From IMG/VR virus record IMGVR_UViG_3300025875_000009: 64,000 nucleotides of DNA; one strand, given 5' to 3'. Positions 37,778 through 47,980 of the stretch are shown piece after piece. Every line of letters starts with the position of its first letter. Positions within the stretch are counted from its first letter, which is position 1. The notes under the pieces are model-generated. The model was not told the DNA's origin. It searched no databases and worked only from the letters and a program-made list of their open reading frames with translations. The translations under genes were made by a program, and so were the position numbers. Source of the DNA: an uncultured virus (IMG/VR IMGVR_UViG_3300025875_000009). Lineage: Duplodnaviria > Heunggongvirae > Uroviricota > Caudoviricetes.

Positions 37778-38003
37778 CGCACACCTCACTATCAAGTTCG
37801 AGCCAGAGCCGGGCACCGCACGGCAGGGGCTTGTTGGGGGAGTAGACGAAGCGACCGACCACGGTGCCGTCCTTCGTCACGAGTTCGATCTCACTGTGGC
37901 GCTCCGCGCCGCGGTGATCGCGAAGGATGATCGCCGGGCGCTGCCCGCCGTCCTTCACGTTGGCCCGGATCGCGTCCTGAGCGACGTGAATTATCCGTCT
38001 CAT
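37761..38003 (-). CDS. Hypothetical protein
   Basis: GAGG SD; IIHV...VYSPNKPLPCGARLW. Confidence 0.6.
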   Translation of the reverse strand: MRRIIHVAQDAIRANVKDGGQRPAIILRDHRGAERHSEIELVTKDGTVVGRFVYSPNKPLPCGARLWLELDSEVCDARPV

Positions 38004-38449
38004 GTTGACCTCTCCAGATAATCCGCTGCTGCTCGAAGCAGCGCGGGGGAGTCGCGAAATTTGCCGAGACCGAGATTGCAGCTGCCGCAAAGCAACCCTC
38101 GTACCTTTCCTGTGGAGTGGCAATGGTCGACGGCCAGTCGTTTGAGTTGTCCCGAAGCATGCTTCGCACTCTCAAGCTCTCGGCAAATGTAGCATCGACC
38201 CTCTTGAGCGTCGTACATTTGACGATATTGCTCTTTCGTCATACCGTACTTAGGCAGGGTAGTTTGACGATACTTGCTACGCTCGTCTTCTGCGTAGCAT
38301 GACTTACACTTCTCTCGCAAACCGAACGGTCGACGCCCCGGAACCGCGGTGAACGACGACCACGGTTTCTCGGTTTGGCATCGGCCGCACCATGCGACCT
38401 GTTCCTGACGCCGCCGTTCGGTCTGACGATGTTGCTCTTGGGTAGGCAT
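38000..38449 (-). mobile_element. EndoVII-type homing endonuclease gene, co-oriented with operon
   Basis: C..C..EKP N-module; LAVDHCHSTGKVRGLLCGSCN. Confidence 0.9.
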
Positions 38450-38506
38450 GTTCGCTCCTGCGCTACAGACCAAGTTGCCTTAGCCTGTAGCGCAGTTGCG
38501 TCAAGG

Positions 38507-39928
38507 TCAGGCCTTGCGGACGAGGTCCGCCGGGCTGCTGCGATCGCGGTAGTAGCCGCCGTCGATCGAGTAATCCGCGCCGTTGTCACCCTTGATCGGG
38601 TAGGTGCGGCTCGGATCGATCTCGACGATCTTCACCGTCTGGCCGTTCGCGGTGACGACGGTGTCGCCGACCGAGAGGTTCAGCTTGCCGTAGCCCTGCG
38701 GCTTGGGCGTCCAGCCGGCGCGGAACACCAGATCAACCGGCGTGGTGCGAGCGATCTCGCGCTTCCACTGACGACCATTGTCGGCCCACACGACCTGACC
38801 GTTCGACAACGACACCATGCCGCCGTTGATGCTGGTGATCGTGGTCTTCATGCCGGAGCGATCGAACCACGTCTGACCGACCTCGAAATCGTCAGCGGTC
38901 AGATCGAACTCGATCTCCTTGACGACGTCCCGCGCCTCGGTGCGGTTGGTCGACGCCGGATACTGGCGACCGTCCTTGTAGATGTTGATGACCGCGCCGT
39001 CCGTGCGGATCAGCGTGGCGTACTCGCTGCCGACCGCGGTGCAGATGGCGTTGCCGCCATTGCGCGCCCGGTAGACGTGACCGACCTGCAAGGTGCCCTC
39101 GAAGAAGCGCGCCAGCGACACGGGAGCCGCCGCCGCACGATCGAAGCCGGTGAACACCGGGCGGCCCTGCGGGTAATATTCGGCGACCTTGTCGTAAGGC
39201 ACCTCGCCGACGATGTCGTAGCCGCACGCCCGGCCCTTGCGCAGGTGATAGTCGCTCGGGAACGACACGATGTCGCGCGGGTGGATCTTCACGACCACGA
39301 TGCGGCTACCGCCCGACGCATAGTTCGAGAGGTAGGACGCGGCGCAGAAGTGCAGGCCCTGCGAGCAGGTGCGATCGGGGTTGGCATCGCACTCGTCGCG
39401 CGGCTGCTCGACACGGTTGCCGACGCGGTGGTCGAAGCGCGTGTCGCTCGGCGAGTGGATTGAGCGGTAGTCGTCGCGCACCGCCTTCCAGGCCAGCACA
39501 TAACCGTCGCCGGTGATCGGCAGCTTGGCCGACTGCAGCCAGTCGAACAGGTCGGCCTGCACACGCGGGTCGGGGTTCTCGCTGACGTTCTGCAGGAAGA
39601 TCTTGAGCGGTTCCGCGAGGGCGTCGTCGCCCGCCCGGATGAACTCCATGATCTTCGCGCCGAGCGAGGTGCGCACCTCGGCACCACCGCGACCATCGCC
39701 GTGATCGAGATAGAGCTTGCCATTCTTGACGTACACCGCGCCGCTGGTGAACGTCTTGATCGTCTCGGGAATGTCGAGCAGCGGCTTGAGATCATCCTCG
39801 GTGGTGTGGGGGTCAGCGGCGAGCTGCTTGATGCGCTCGTAGTTGGGGTGCGACGCCGCGATGGCCTTAGGGGTGAAGTCGACGATGACCGTGATCGTCG
39901 AACCGGAAATGATGTGTGCGATGCTCAT
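38507..39928 (-). CDS. rIIB: rIIB-like protein with C-terminal repeat extension
   Basis: LPITGDG..LAWK.V, CS.GLHF, VKIHPRDIVS.PSDY...KGRAC.Y; downstream of rIIA. Confidence 0.85.
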   Translation of the reverse strand: MSIAHIISGSTITVIVDFTPKAIAASHPNYERIKQLAADPHTTEDDLKPLLDIPETIKTFTSGAVYVKNGKLYLDHGDGRGGAEVRTSLGAKIMEFIRAGDDALAEPLKIFLQNVSENPDPRVQADLFDWLQSAKLPITGDGYVLAWKAVRDDYRSIHSPSDTRFDHRVGNRVEQPRDECDANPDRTCSQGLHFCAASYLSNYASGGSRIVVVKIHPRDIVSFPSDYHLRKGRACGYDIVGEVPYDKVAEYYPQGRPVFTGFDRAAAAPVSLARFFEGTLQVGHVYRARNGGNAICTAVGSEYATLIRTDGAVINIYKDGRQYPASTNRTEARDVVKEIEFDLTADDFEVGQTWFDRSGMKTTITSINGGMVSLSNGQVVWADNGRQWKREIARTTPVDLVFRAGWTPKPQGYGKLNLSVGDTVVTANGQTVKIVEIDPSRTYPIKGDNGADYSIDGGYYRDRSSPADLVRKA

Positions 39929-40038
39929 ATTTCAGTTCCTGTTGCAGAGTCGGTTCAGTCACCCTAGAGAGGCAAGGCCGGCGAGCGGGGTGAGATACGC
40001 CCGCCGGCCTCTATCAGACGTCATCGGAGGACGCCCGA

Positions 40039-40542
40039 ATGCAAGAACTCATATCCCGTTCAGAAGCCCGTGCCAAGGGTCTACGCCGTTATTTTACGGG
40101 TCGACCTTGTCGGCGTGGGCATGTCGCTGAACGTCTTGTGTCCACACAACACTGTCGAGAGTGTAGTAATCACCACTCTCGACAGCAGTATCAGCGCAGT
40201 CCTCGAACCAGAGAGGAAGTGAAAGCGAAACGATTACTTCGCGATTATGGCCTCACAATGGATGAGTTCAACGCAATGATGGTCAGTCAGGCTGGGCAAT
40301 GTTTAATATGCCCGAGAAAGCTGGTCGAACCTTGTGTCGATCACTGTCACACCACCGGCCGTATTCGTGGCCTGCTATGCAGCAAATGCAACTCAGGTCT
40401 TGGGATGTTTGATGATGACCCAGAGCGGTTACTCCGGGCCATCGATTACCTCAAAGGTTCTTCAGGAGGAGGGCAACATGCTTGCTGTCGTCCAGCTCCA
40501 GAACGTCGAGCAGGATCTGCACGTCGGCCTGATCCTGCTTGA
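40039..40542 (+). mobile_element. EndoVII-type homing endonuclease gene between rIIA and rIIB
   Basis: [39 protein letters not shown]; overlaps rIIA 3' end antisense by 92 nt. Confidence 0.9.
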
Positions 40543-42535
40543 AGGAAGCCACCAGCTTGGCCGGCTCGATGCGAGCCGGCAGCGCCGCGGTGACGAACGG
40601 CGCTAGGTTGTGCTGGTCGATGGTCAGCGGCTTGATGAACTCGCGCCACAGCTCAACGATCTTCCCGAACGGCCGCTTGGCCTGCGCGGGGGTCAGCGTC
40701 TGGTAGTCGAGCTGCTTGGCGAAGTCCCAGAACGGGCGCAGCTCGGTGTTGCGATACAGCGCGATGCGCTGCGAAAGTTCAGGGTACGCAGCCAGCGCCG
40801 CCTTCAGCCGGGCGGCGAAGACGTCATCGAAATTCTGCCACGCATCCTTCAGCTTGGGCCAGTCGCCGCCGTTGACGAAGTGCAGCTCGTCATAGCGGAT
40901 CAGCTTGGTCGCCATGCGCTGGTAGAAGTCCGCCGGCAGAGCGAAGTTCTCCATAACGACCGCGATGCCGGTGGCCGGCTGGTCCTTGTACTCGACCTCG
41001 AAGACCGCCTCCTGCTTGGCATAGCCGGGCTGGAGGTTGTTGATCGTCGAGTGGGTGAAGCGATCGTTCTTGCCGTTGAAGGTGAACATGCGCACCCGCG
41101 GCCGGGTCGCGCCCGACTTGGTGGTCTTGACCGTCGTCGGCTCGGGCATGTCGGCGGTGTAGACCACGTTGCTCGGGTTGCCGAGCTGGAGCAGCATGAC
41201 CCTGATCTTGGCCATGTTCTCGCGCTCACCGGCGCGCAGAACGATGACCGACTTGGGCCGGCCGTTCTCCTCGACATAGTCGCGGACCCGCGCGCCGACC
41301 TTGGACTTCGGCGTGTCGGGCATGTTGTCGATGATGACATGGCTGATGTTGCCGGGCTGGAGCACGCCGAAGTCGACGATTGGCGTCCACGACATGGTCT
41401 TGAGCGACTTGGACGAACGCCGGGCGTTCTCGCTCTCGATGTGCCAGATGGTGCCGACGATGCCGGTGTTGCGCAAGGACAGCTCGGTCTTCAGCTCGCT
41501 GCCGTGGTAGCGAGCGTTGGCACGCAGCAGCTTCTGCCGTGCGTTCGAGCCGTATTCGTTCTGGCCGACCTCCTTGGAGAGCGCGACCATCGCGTCCCAC
41601 AGCGACGGCTGGTTGTCGAACATGGTCGAGAACGTCGCGATGACGTCGTCGATCAGCTCTTCCAGCTTGGCCTCGATGTTGGCGCTGGTCTTGCCGTCGT
41701 AGGACAGCTGCTCACGGGACAGGGCGACGCCGCAGGCACCGATCGGCATCCACAGGTCGAGGCCGTATTCGAGCAGCGGCGACAGCCGGGTGCTGGAGCG
41801 CAGCGACCAGTCGAGGTTGGCGGTCGACACCGGATAGCGCACGCCACCAAGGATAACCCCGAGCGGGCCGGCCTCGCCGCGGATGGCCCAGCCGTTGCCC
41901 TCGTAGGCGAACTCGGGAGCGTCGATCTCGCCGTTGATGACGACCGGCAGTGGCTTGAAATACTGGAGCGCCTGCTGCGCGGCTTCGAGGAAGGTCGCGA
42001 TGTCATCGACCTCAACGGGGAAACTGACCTCGACACCGTTGGGTTCGGTCGTCGGCGACCGGCCGAGACACCCGATCTCGGGCACGCCATCCTCACCCTT
42101 GTAGGCCGTGTAGACGCCGAGCTGGCCGTTATGGACCGACCGCACGGTGAACTGCGAGGTGTAGGCGAACGGCGACCAACGCCCGATACCGAAGCCGCCG
42201 ATCGCATCGTTGCTGCTGTCCTTGGTGGAGTCGGTATAGGCCATATACCGCGTCATCATGAACTCGTGGCTCATGCCGACACCAAAATCGCGGACCTTGA
42301 ACACCGGGTCCAGCTCGCACGGCAGCGTGACCTCGACAGACCGATGCGGACAGCCGGCTTCGCCGTGGCTGTCGATACCGTTGGCGACCAGCTCGCGTGC
42401 GATCGCCAGCGGCTTGTTGGCATAGGTCTGATCTGCGAAGAAGTTGAACAGCTTCGGGCTAGCCTTGATGGTGGCCCGAGCGACTTCCATCACGCCCGAA
42501 GCGTGAACGACGTTCTTAACATTCTCGACAATCAT
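40451..42535 (-). CDS. rIIA: rIIA-like protein (GHKL ATPase N-domain)
   Basis: [23 protein letters not shown]....IGGFGIG..SPFAYT. Confidence 0.9.
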   Translation of the reverse strand: MIVENVKNVVHASGVMEVARATIKASPKLFNFFADQTYANKPLAIARELVANGIDSHGEAGCPHRSVEVTLPCELDPVFKVRDFGVGMSHEFMMTRYMAYTDSTKDSSNDAIGGFGIGRWSPFAYTSQFTVRSVHNGQLGVYTAYKGEDGVPEIGCLGRSPTTEPNGVEVSFPVEVDDIATFLEAAQQALQYFKPLPVVINGEIDAPEFAYEGNGWAIRGEAGPLGVILGGVRYPVSTANLDWSLRSSTRLSPLLEYGLDLWMPIGACGVALSREQLSYDGKTSANIEAKLEELIDDVIATFSTMFDNQPSLWDAMVALSKEVGQNEYGSNARQKLLRANARYHGSELKTELSLRNTGIVGTIWHIESENARRSSKSLKTMSWTPIVDFGVLQPGNISHVIIDNMPDTPKSKVGARVRDYVEENGRPKSVIVLRAGERENMAKIRVMLLQLGNPSNVVYTADMPEPTTVKTTKSGATRPRVRMFTFNGKNDRFTHSTINNLQPGYAKQEAVFEVEYKDQPATGIAVVMENFALPADFYQRMATKLIRYDELHFVNGGDWPKLKDAWQNFDDVFAARLKAALAAYPELSQRIALYRNTELRPFWDFAKQLDYQTLTPAQAKRPFGKIVELWREFIKPLTIDQHNLAPFVTAALPARIEPAKLVASFKQDQADVQILLDVLELDDSKHVALLLKNL

Positions 42536-42586
42536 GGGATTTCCTCTTCGTTGACGTAGCCCTAACACATCATTATGGGCGGTTAC

Positions 42587-43081
42587 ATGGAAAAAATGAC
42601 ACCCCAGCAGAGGTATCGCGAAAAGAACCGAGAGCGGCTGGCTCAGGAAGCGCGCGATCGTCGCGCGAACTGCCCCGACGCCGCTCGTCAGGCCGAGGCA
42701 AACTGGAGAAAGCAAAACCCTGAAAAGCTGCGTGAGAAGGATCGTCGTCGCTATGCTGATCCAAAACGGAAAGCCTCTCAAGCAGCTTGGCGAAAGAACA
42801 ATCGAGACAAATTACGGTCGGGCGAAGCAAAACGCCGGTTGGAACACCCTGAACAGCATCGCTCGAACAATGCTAAGCGGCGTGCGGCAGAAGCTGCGGC
42901 CACCCTGCCGGGCTACGACGCTGAAATTCGGGAAATTTATCGGTCCTGTCCCGAAGGACATGAAGTCGATCACATCATCCCACTTCGAGGACGGAACGTG
43001 TGCGGTCTTCATGTTCCTTGGAACCTTCAACACCTACCCGCTCCGACTAACCGGGCCAAGGGAAACACCCTCGTGGAATAG
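42587..43081 (+). mobile_element. HNH homing endonuclease gene
   Basis: HEVDHIIPLRGRNVCGLHVPWNLQ...N..KGN. Confidence 0.9.
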
Positions 43082-43239
43082 CTCGCTGGTCAGAGGTTCG
43101 GAGTTGGGGTCGTCGTCAAAGTCAGGATCGACGACGTAGCTGCTGTCCACGATCCCCACCCGCTCAAGGCGGGCGAGGAAGTGGGCGGTGTTGAGGGGAT
43201 GGTGACGGCCCCTCGGTTGTGAGCGAGCGGCCGTAGCCA

Positions 43240-43623
43240 TCAGACGACCAGCTCGCTGACCGGCGGCTGCTGCATCTGCTTGTCGCCCATGCTGTAGCCG
43301 TCGCGGGGCGCTTCGCTGTCGATGAAGGTCAGCGTCAGCGCCTCGATCTTGGAGACGGTGAACAGGGTCCACTGCGGCAGCGGGCGACTGGCCTCGCCGG
43401 CCACCTGGAAGCCGCGGACCACGAGCGAACCGTCCTTGGTGGACCGGCCGATCGCATGGACCTCGACGATGCGGTTCTTGCCGTCATAGATGAACGAGAC
43501 GACGAGCCGGCGGCTCATGGCGCGCGAGAGGTGAGCGGCGATCTGGCTCTCGTTGAAGGCCTTGGCCAGCTCCTCGTCGCTGTCGAGGACGCTGATGGGT
43601 GCGCCTTGGAAGACGCCCCTCAT
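43240..43623 (-). CDS. Stand-alone WYL-domain-like protein
   Basis: VSFIYDG..RIVEVHAIG...VRGFQ...WTLFTVSKI. Confidence 0.65.
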   Translation of the reverse strand: MRGVFQGAPISVLDSDEELAKAFNESQIAAHLSRAMSRRLVVSFIYDGKNRIVEVHAIGRSTKDGSLVVRGFQVAGEASRPLPQWTLFTVSKIEALTLTFIDSEAPRDGYSMGDKQMQQPPVSELVV

Positions 43624-43913
43624 ACGTTGCGCTCCGCACGGCGGGCGGCGCGCTCCTTAAGCAGGCCCTTGCGGGCGATGTCGCCGCGCAGGGCGGCAGC
43701 GGCGGTTGTGATGGCGAGACAGGGCACCGTCTGGTGGGTCTTGGCCGTCAGATGGCTGCTGCGCACGTAGCTGGGGCGGACGTGGGGGCGGCTCTTGGAG
43801 CCGCTGTAGCCGGTGCGCTTGCGCAAGTAGCGAGTGCCCTGCTCAGCGACGCGGGGGAGGAGAGGCTGGATGTGGGCCAGCCCGTCCAGAATGCTGTGGT
43901 TCAGCGAGAACAT
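43620..43913 (-). CDS. Basic hypothetical protein
   Basis: AAGGA SD; 97 aa. Confidence 0.45.
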   Translation of the reverse strand: MFSLNHSILDGLAHIQPLLPRVAEQGTRYLRKRTGYSGSKSRPHVRPSYVRSSHLTAKTHQTVPCLAITTAAAALRGDIARKGLLKERAARRAERNV

Positions 43914-43996
43914 GCGGTTCCTTTCACGAAAGAGGCCGACGCAATGCGCCGGCCCCGAGTTCTTGTCGATGTGCCGCGGCAGAAGTTGCCGGGTAA

Positions 43997-44380
43997 TTAC
44001 AGCTCGACGACCTCGAGCTTGGTGGCCGGCTTGTTGTCGACCGTGGCAGCCGTGAAGGCGGCGTCGATCTTGGCGCGGGAAAGGCCCGCCTCGCGCAGCC
44101 GGGCGCGCAGCACATCCTGATCGAGGCGCTGGGCCGGCTCGCTGGTCTTGGCGGTCAGCACGAACGCGGCGCTGCGGTAGGCCTCGACCTCGCCCGGCCG
44201 GTATTCGGACAGCACGAGGCCGGCGTCGAGCAACGCGGCCTTCGCCTTTTTCTTCCGCGAGTCCGCGGCGGTCGCCAGCGTGTTGGCGACCAGCAGCTCC
44301 TTGACCACCGCATCCTTGTCGCTGCCGATCTTGGGGAAGATCGCCGCGACTGCGTCCTTGACGGCTTGCTTGCTGCTCAT
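43997..44380 (-). CDS. Hypothetical protein
   Basis: AGGAG SD before MSSKQAVK. Confidence 0.6.
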   Translation of the reverse strand: MSSKQAVKDAVAAIFPKIGSDKDAVVKELLVANTLATAADSRKKKAKAALLDAGLVLSEYRPGEVEAYRSAAFVLTAKTSEPAQRLDQDVLRARLREAGLSRAKIDAAFTAATVDNKPATKLEVVEL

Positions 44381-44516
44381 GTCATTTCTCCTGCGGGCAT
44401 GAAGAGACAGCACACTGCGGCCCGCGGCGCAGGTGTTGTGTCGGAAACTGGTTGTGGTAGGGTGGTCGGGAGGGCTGCAACCCTCCCGACCCGCAACGCT
44501 GTGAAGGAGCGTCACG

Positions 44517-45050
44517 ATGCTTGAACCTATATCTCGCAACGATGCGAAGGCCAAGGGCCTCCGCAATTATTTCACTGACGAGCCGTGTCGTAACGGTCAT
44601 TTGGCCGAGCGTCGGGTCGCAAACACCAAATGCCTCACTTGCGAGGCACAGTCGAACGCGAAGCAGCGTCAATTACGCCCCGCTGATCCGGTTCGTCGAG
44701 CTAAAGATGCCGCAGATTGGCGCGCTCGAAACCCCGGAGTTTTACAAGAACAGGTACGCCGCTGGCGTTTGAAAAATCCCGAACGGTATGCAGAGCAACA
44801 GCGCGCGGCTCGTCAACGAAACCCCCACAGCGGAAGAGCCAGCTGTGCCAAGCGGCGCGCGGCCCGACTTCAAGCAACCCTGCCGGGTCACGACGAGGCG
44901 CTGCGTGAAATCTATCGCAACTGTCCCGCTGGCTACGAAGTCGACCACGTTATTCCTCTCCGCGGTCGCGGGGTGTGTGGCCTGCACGTCCCTTGGAACT
45001 TGCAATACCTCACACCCAAAGCGAACCGCGAGAAGGGCAACCGCTTCTAG
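44517..45050 (+). mobile_element. HNH homing endonuclease gene
   Basis: ISRNDA..GL..YFT..PC.NGH; YEVDHVIPL...CGLHVPWNLQ. Confidence 0.9.
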
Positions 45051-45808
45051 GGCTTGCGCTTCAGCACGCCGACGCCGGTGACGACACCGTCGGTCTTGTC
45101 GATCTGCACGAGGTGGTCGCACGCGGGGTTGCTGTCCCACGCCAGAGCGCGGTTGCCGTACAGGGTCGGGCTGATCGTGCCGTCACGCCACACCGCCCGG
45201 TAGCCGCAAGTCGCGACCGGCTTGTTGCGCAGCTTCAGCGCACTGCCCTGTCCGCCGCTCGACCGCACGAACTCGCCGTGCTTGTCGAAGATCAGCCACG
45301 ACGTGCCCGACGTGACGAGGATCTTGTCATCGCTCGTCTCGGTGACAAACGTGACGGTCATCGGCACGCCGATGTTGGGCACGGCTTCGAGCGGCTTGGT
45401 GGTATCGATCAGATGGGGCATGATCTTGGGTATCCTGTTTCTGACGTAGAACTTGTGGTTGCTGATGACGAGGCCGCCGTGACGGCGCGCGCTGCCGATG
45501 CCGAACTTGCTGCCGGGAAAGGCAGGGTGGAAGCCGGGTGCGCTCAGCATGATCTGGACGTGATGCTCCTCACCGCGATCGTCGGCGATCAGCGGCGTGC
45601 CGTCGCTCAGCTCGATCGGCAGCGTCCAGTCGACGTCGCGTTCGAGGTTCTTGGTATCGGGATAGCCGGTGCCGCCGCCGTCCCAGCGCACGACGGTGAT
45701 GCAGGAGCCTTGGTAGCCGGTCACGACCCCGGTGCGGCCACGCCAGCTGCTGGTGTCGCCCTCGTGGCGGTAACGAATGCGTTCGCCGACCTCAAAGGCC
45801 TCCGTCAC
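45047..45808 (-). CDS. Hypothetical multi-module protein
   Basis: GAGGAGG SD, GTG start, 253 aa. Confidence 0.6.
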   Translation of the reverse strand: MTEAFEVGERIRYRHEGDTSSWRGRTGVVTGYQGSCITVVRWDGGGTGYPDTKNLERDVDWTLPIELSDGTPLIADDRGEEHHVQIMLSAPGFHPAFPGSKFGIGSARRHGGLVISNHKFYVRNRIPKIMPHLIDTTKPLEAVPNIGVPMTVTFVTETSDDKILVTSGTSWLIFDKHGEFVRSSGGQGSALKLRNKPVATCGYRAVWRDGTISPTLYGNRALAWDSNPACDHLVQIDKTDGVVTGVGVLKRKP

Positions 45809-46166
45809 GATAGTCCTCCTCGTTGACGCCGATGCCCATCTTCTTACCGCTCGGCACCTGCTGGCGCATCGCGGGGTGGTAGGGCATCGACATGCGCCCG
45901 ATCACCGTGCCACCGCGGTCGCCGAACAGGGCGTCGAGGATGCGATCGGTGCGCACCTCGGGGTTGGCGGCGAGCAGCACGACCGAGTCGGTCGCGGTCG
46001 CGGTCGCCCGGTCGAGCCGAGCGAAGTGCGCCTCGATCTGCTGGTGCATGTCGATGACGTTGAGCATATTTGGGTACTGCTCGCCGCCCGTCTTCGGGCC
46101 GCTGGCGTTCCACAGATCGCGCAGCAGGTCGCTGGCCTCGCGCAACAGATCGTCGGTGTTCTTCAT
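45792..46166 (-). CDS. Hypothetical protein
   Basis: GGAG SD, ATGA coupling. Confidence 0.55.
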   Translation of the reverse strand: MKNTDDLLREASDLLRDLWNASGPKTGGEQYPNMLNVIDMHQQIEAHFARLDRATATATDSVVLLAANPEVRTDRILDALFGDRGGTVIGRMSMPYHPAMRQQVPSGKKMGIGVNEEDYRDGGL

Positions 46167-46360
46167 CTCGGTATCTCCAGATAACGGATCGCGGTGTAGG
46201 GGATGACGATGAAGCCGTCGGTGTCGCTGGTGACGGCAATGCCATCGTCGAGGGCTTCGACCAGCCGCTTCTTGAGCTGGACCTGGACGCTGCCGTGGGT
46301 GGTGACAAGAACCTCCTGCGCCTTGTGGCGCAGGAGGAACTGCTTGATGCCGTCAGTCAC
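46163..46360 (-). CDS. Small hypothetical protein
   Basis: GTG start (MTDGIKQFLL...) overlapping upstream gene end. Confidence 0.45.
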   Translation of the reverse strand: MTDGIKQFLLRHKAQEVLVTTHGSVQVQLKKRLVEALDDGIAVTSDTDGFIVIPYTAIRYLEIPR

Positions 46361-47327
46361 GCGCCAGCGTGGCGTCGGTAATCTCGCCATTCGTCGTGGT
46401 GATGTCGAGGCTGATGATCCCGCCGGGGATGATCGCGACCTCGCGGTAAGTGCGCACGTCGTCGACCTGCACGAACTCGACGGAGCGGGCATGGTTGTCG
46501 CCGCCATAGCGCGGCACGGCGCGGCCGGTGACCGGATCGACGAACAGGATCGACGCGCCGTCGTTCTCGTGGCCGTTGACGATGTAGCCGGCAATCTGAT
46601 CGGGACCGTCGCCCTCGAACGGGCTGAACATGCCCAGCACCACGAACTCACGATCGGAGCGACTGCCGGTGCGTGCCACGATCTTGCCGGTCGGGTCGAG
46701 CGGTTCGAGCTGATCCTTCGGCGCGCTGTAGTCGGGATGGAGGTTGCTGAGCACGCAGTGGTGCGGCTCGGCACTGTCCTCGAACAGTACGGTTGCGTTG
46801 GTGTGATGCACGCCCTGCACCGTGCCGCGTCGGCCGTCCCAGACATGGCCGGACTGGCCCGGCGGCTTGAGGTAGACGATAGCGTCACCGACCTCGGCGA
46901 GCGGCGGCACGTTGGTCAGCGGCACCGGCTTGAAGCACTCGCCGAACGGAACGCTCGGGCGCGCCGGCGTGCCATCCTCGTAATACCAGCTGTCGTTCTT
47001 GCTGTGGTTTTCGGGGTCATCGGTGACCCAGCCGTACCACATCTGCCGACCCTTGTGCTCGTCGGTCAGATGTTCCGCGCCGCGGCCATAGCCGTGCTCG
47101 TTGAACACCCAGCGGCGGCCGTCCTGCGTGTAGACCGGGCGATCCCAGAACAGCGGGACCGGGCTGTGGTCGAGCAGCGTCGAGCCGGTCAGCAGCACGG
47201 TCAGCGTCTCGGTCGCCCGACCGAGCGGGTTGACGGTCGCGCTCTGCTCGTCGGCGCTGATCGTGGCGATCGAGACGTTCCCGATGCGCGGCACGTAGAT
47301 GAAGTGGCCGGGGCGAAACTTGGTCAT
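46353..47327 (-). CDS. Hypothetical multi-module protein
   Basis: AAGGAG SD; 324 aa. Confidence 0.65.
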   Translation of the reverse strand: MTKFRPGHFIYVPRIGNVSIATISADEQSATVNPLGRATETLTVLLTGSTLLDHSPVPLFWDRPVYTQDGRRWVFNEHGYGRGAEHLTDEHKGRQMWYGWVTDDPENHSKNDSWYYEDGTPARPSVPFGECFKPVPLTNVPPLAEVGDAIVYLKPPGQSGHVWDGRRGTVQGVHHTNATVLFEDSAEPHHCVLSNLHPDYSAPKDQLEPLDPTGKIVARTGSRSDREFVVLGMFSPFEGDGPDQIAGYIVNGHENDGASILFVDPVTGRAVPRYGGDNHARSVEFVQVDDVRTYREVAIIPGGIISLDITTTNGEITDATLARD

Positions 47328-47348
47328 GCCTTGAACTCCTTCTTGAGG

Positions 47349-47897
47349 TTAAACGGCAAGAACACGGGTATTTCTCCGATGGATGGGCTTGCCTCGACGT
47401 ACCAAATTCGGATCGCGAAGCGCCCCGGTGAGCGGATCATGAATATCTTGAACCCTCCACCGCGTGATCCGAGCGACAGTGGTGTTAAACTCTTCGGCAA
47501 GTTTAGCCGCAGTAGTTCGACGACCTTGAAGATAGCGAACACAGTATAGCGGCAGATAGCGACCGAAGTTTGGGCGATGCTCAAGTATAGCCTTCAGCAT
47601 GGCGTGGCCGTCCTCCGCAGTCGCTTGCAAGTAATTTTGTTCTGCGAAAGGGGCGGCCTCGGCGTCCAACTCCTTGAGCGGATCGAGCATATAATCTTGA
47701 ACATCGCGAGGCCACTTGAGCAAGATGTCCAAGCACTCGCGGGTCATGCCCGGCGTCATTTGAAACGCTCGGATCTCGATCAGCTCGCCACGGGTGTACC
47801 GGTAGGGGTCGCGGATCAAGCGAGCGTGTCGATATTTCAGGCTCGCGTACCGCTGTTCTTGGGGCAGTATCGAGTCACAAGAATACGGCATTGGCAT
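47349..47897 (-). CDS. Hypothetical protein with possible C-terminal HTH
   Basis: TAAKLAEEFNTTVARITRWR; lower GC than neighbours. Confidence 0.5.
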   Translation of the reverse strand: MPMPYSCDSILPQEQRYASLKYRHARLIRDPYRYTRGELIEIRAFQMTPGMTRECLDILLKWPRDVQDYMLDPLKELDAEAAPFAEQNYLQATAEDGHAMLKAILEHRPNFGRYLPLYCVRYLQGRRTTAAKLAEEFNTTVARITRWRVQDIHDPLTGALRDPNLVRRGKPIHRRNTRVLAV

Positions 47898-47980
47898 CGG
47901 GACAAGCCTCTGATATGCAATCGGCAGGGCGCGCCAACGCCCTGCCGATCTATCGAGCAGGCCGTAGGAGGGCCAGTCGA

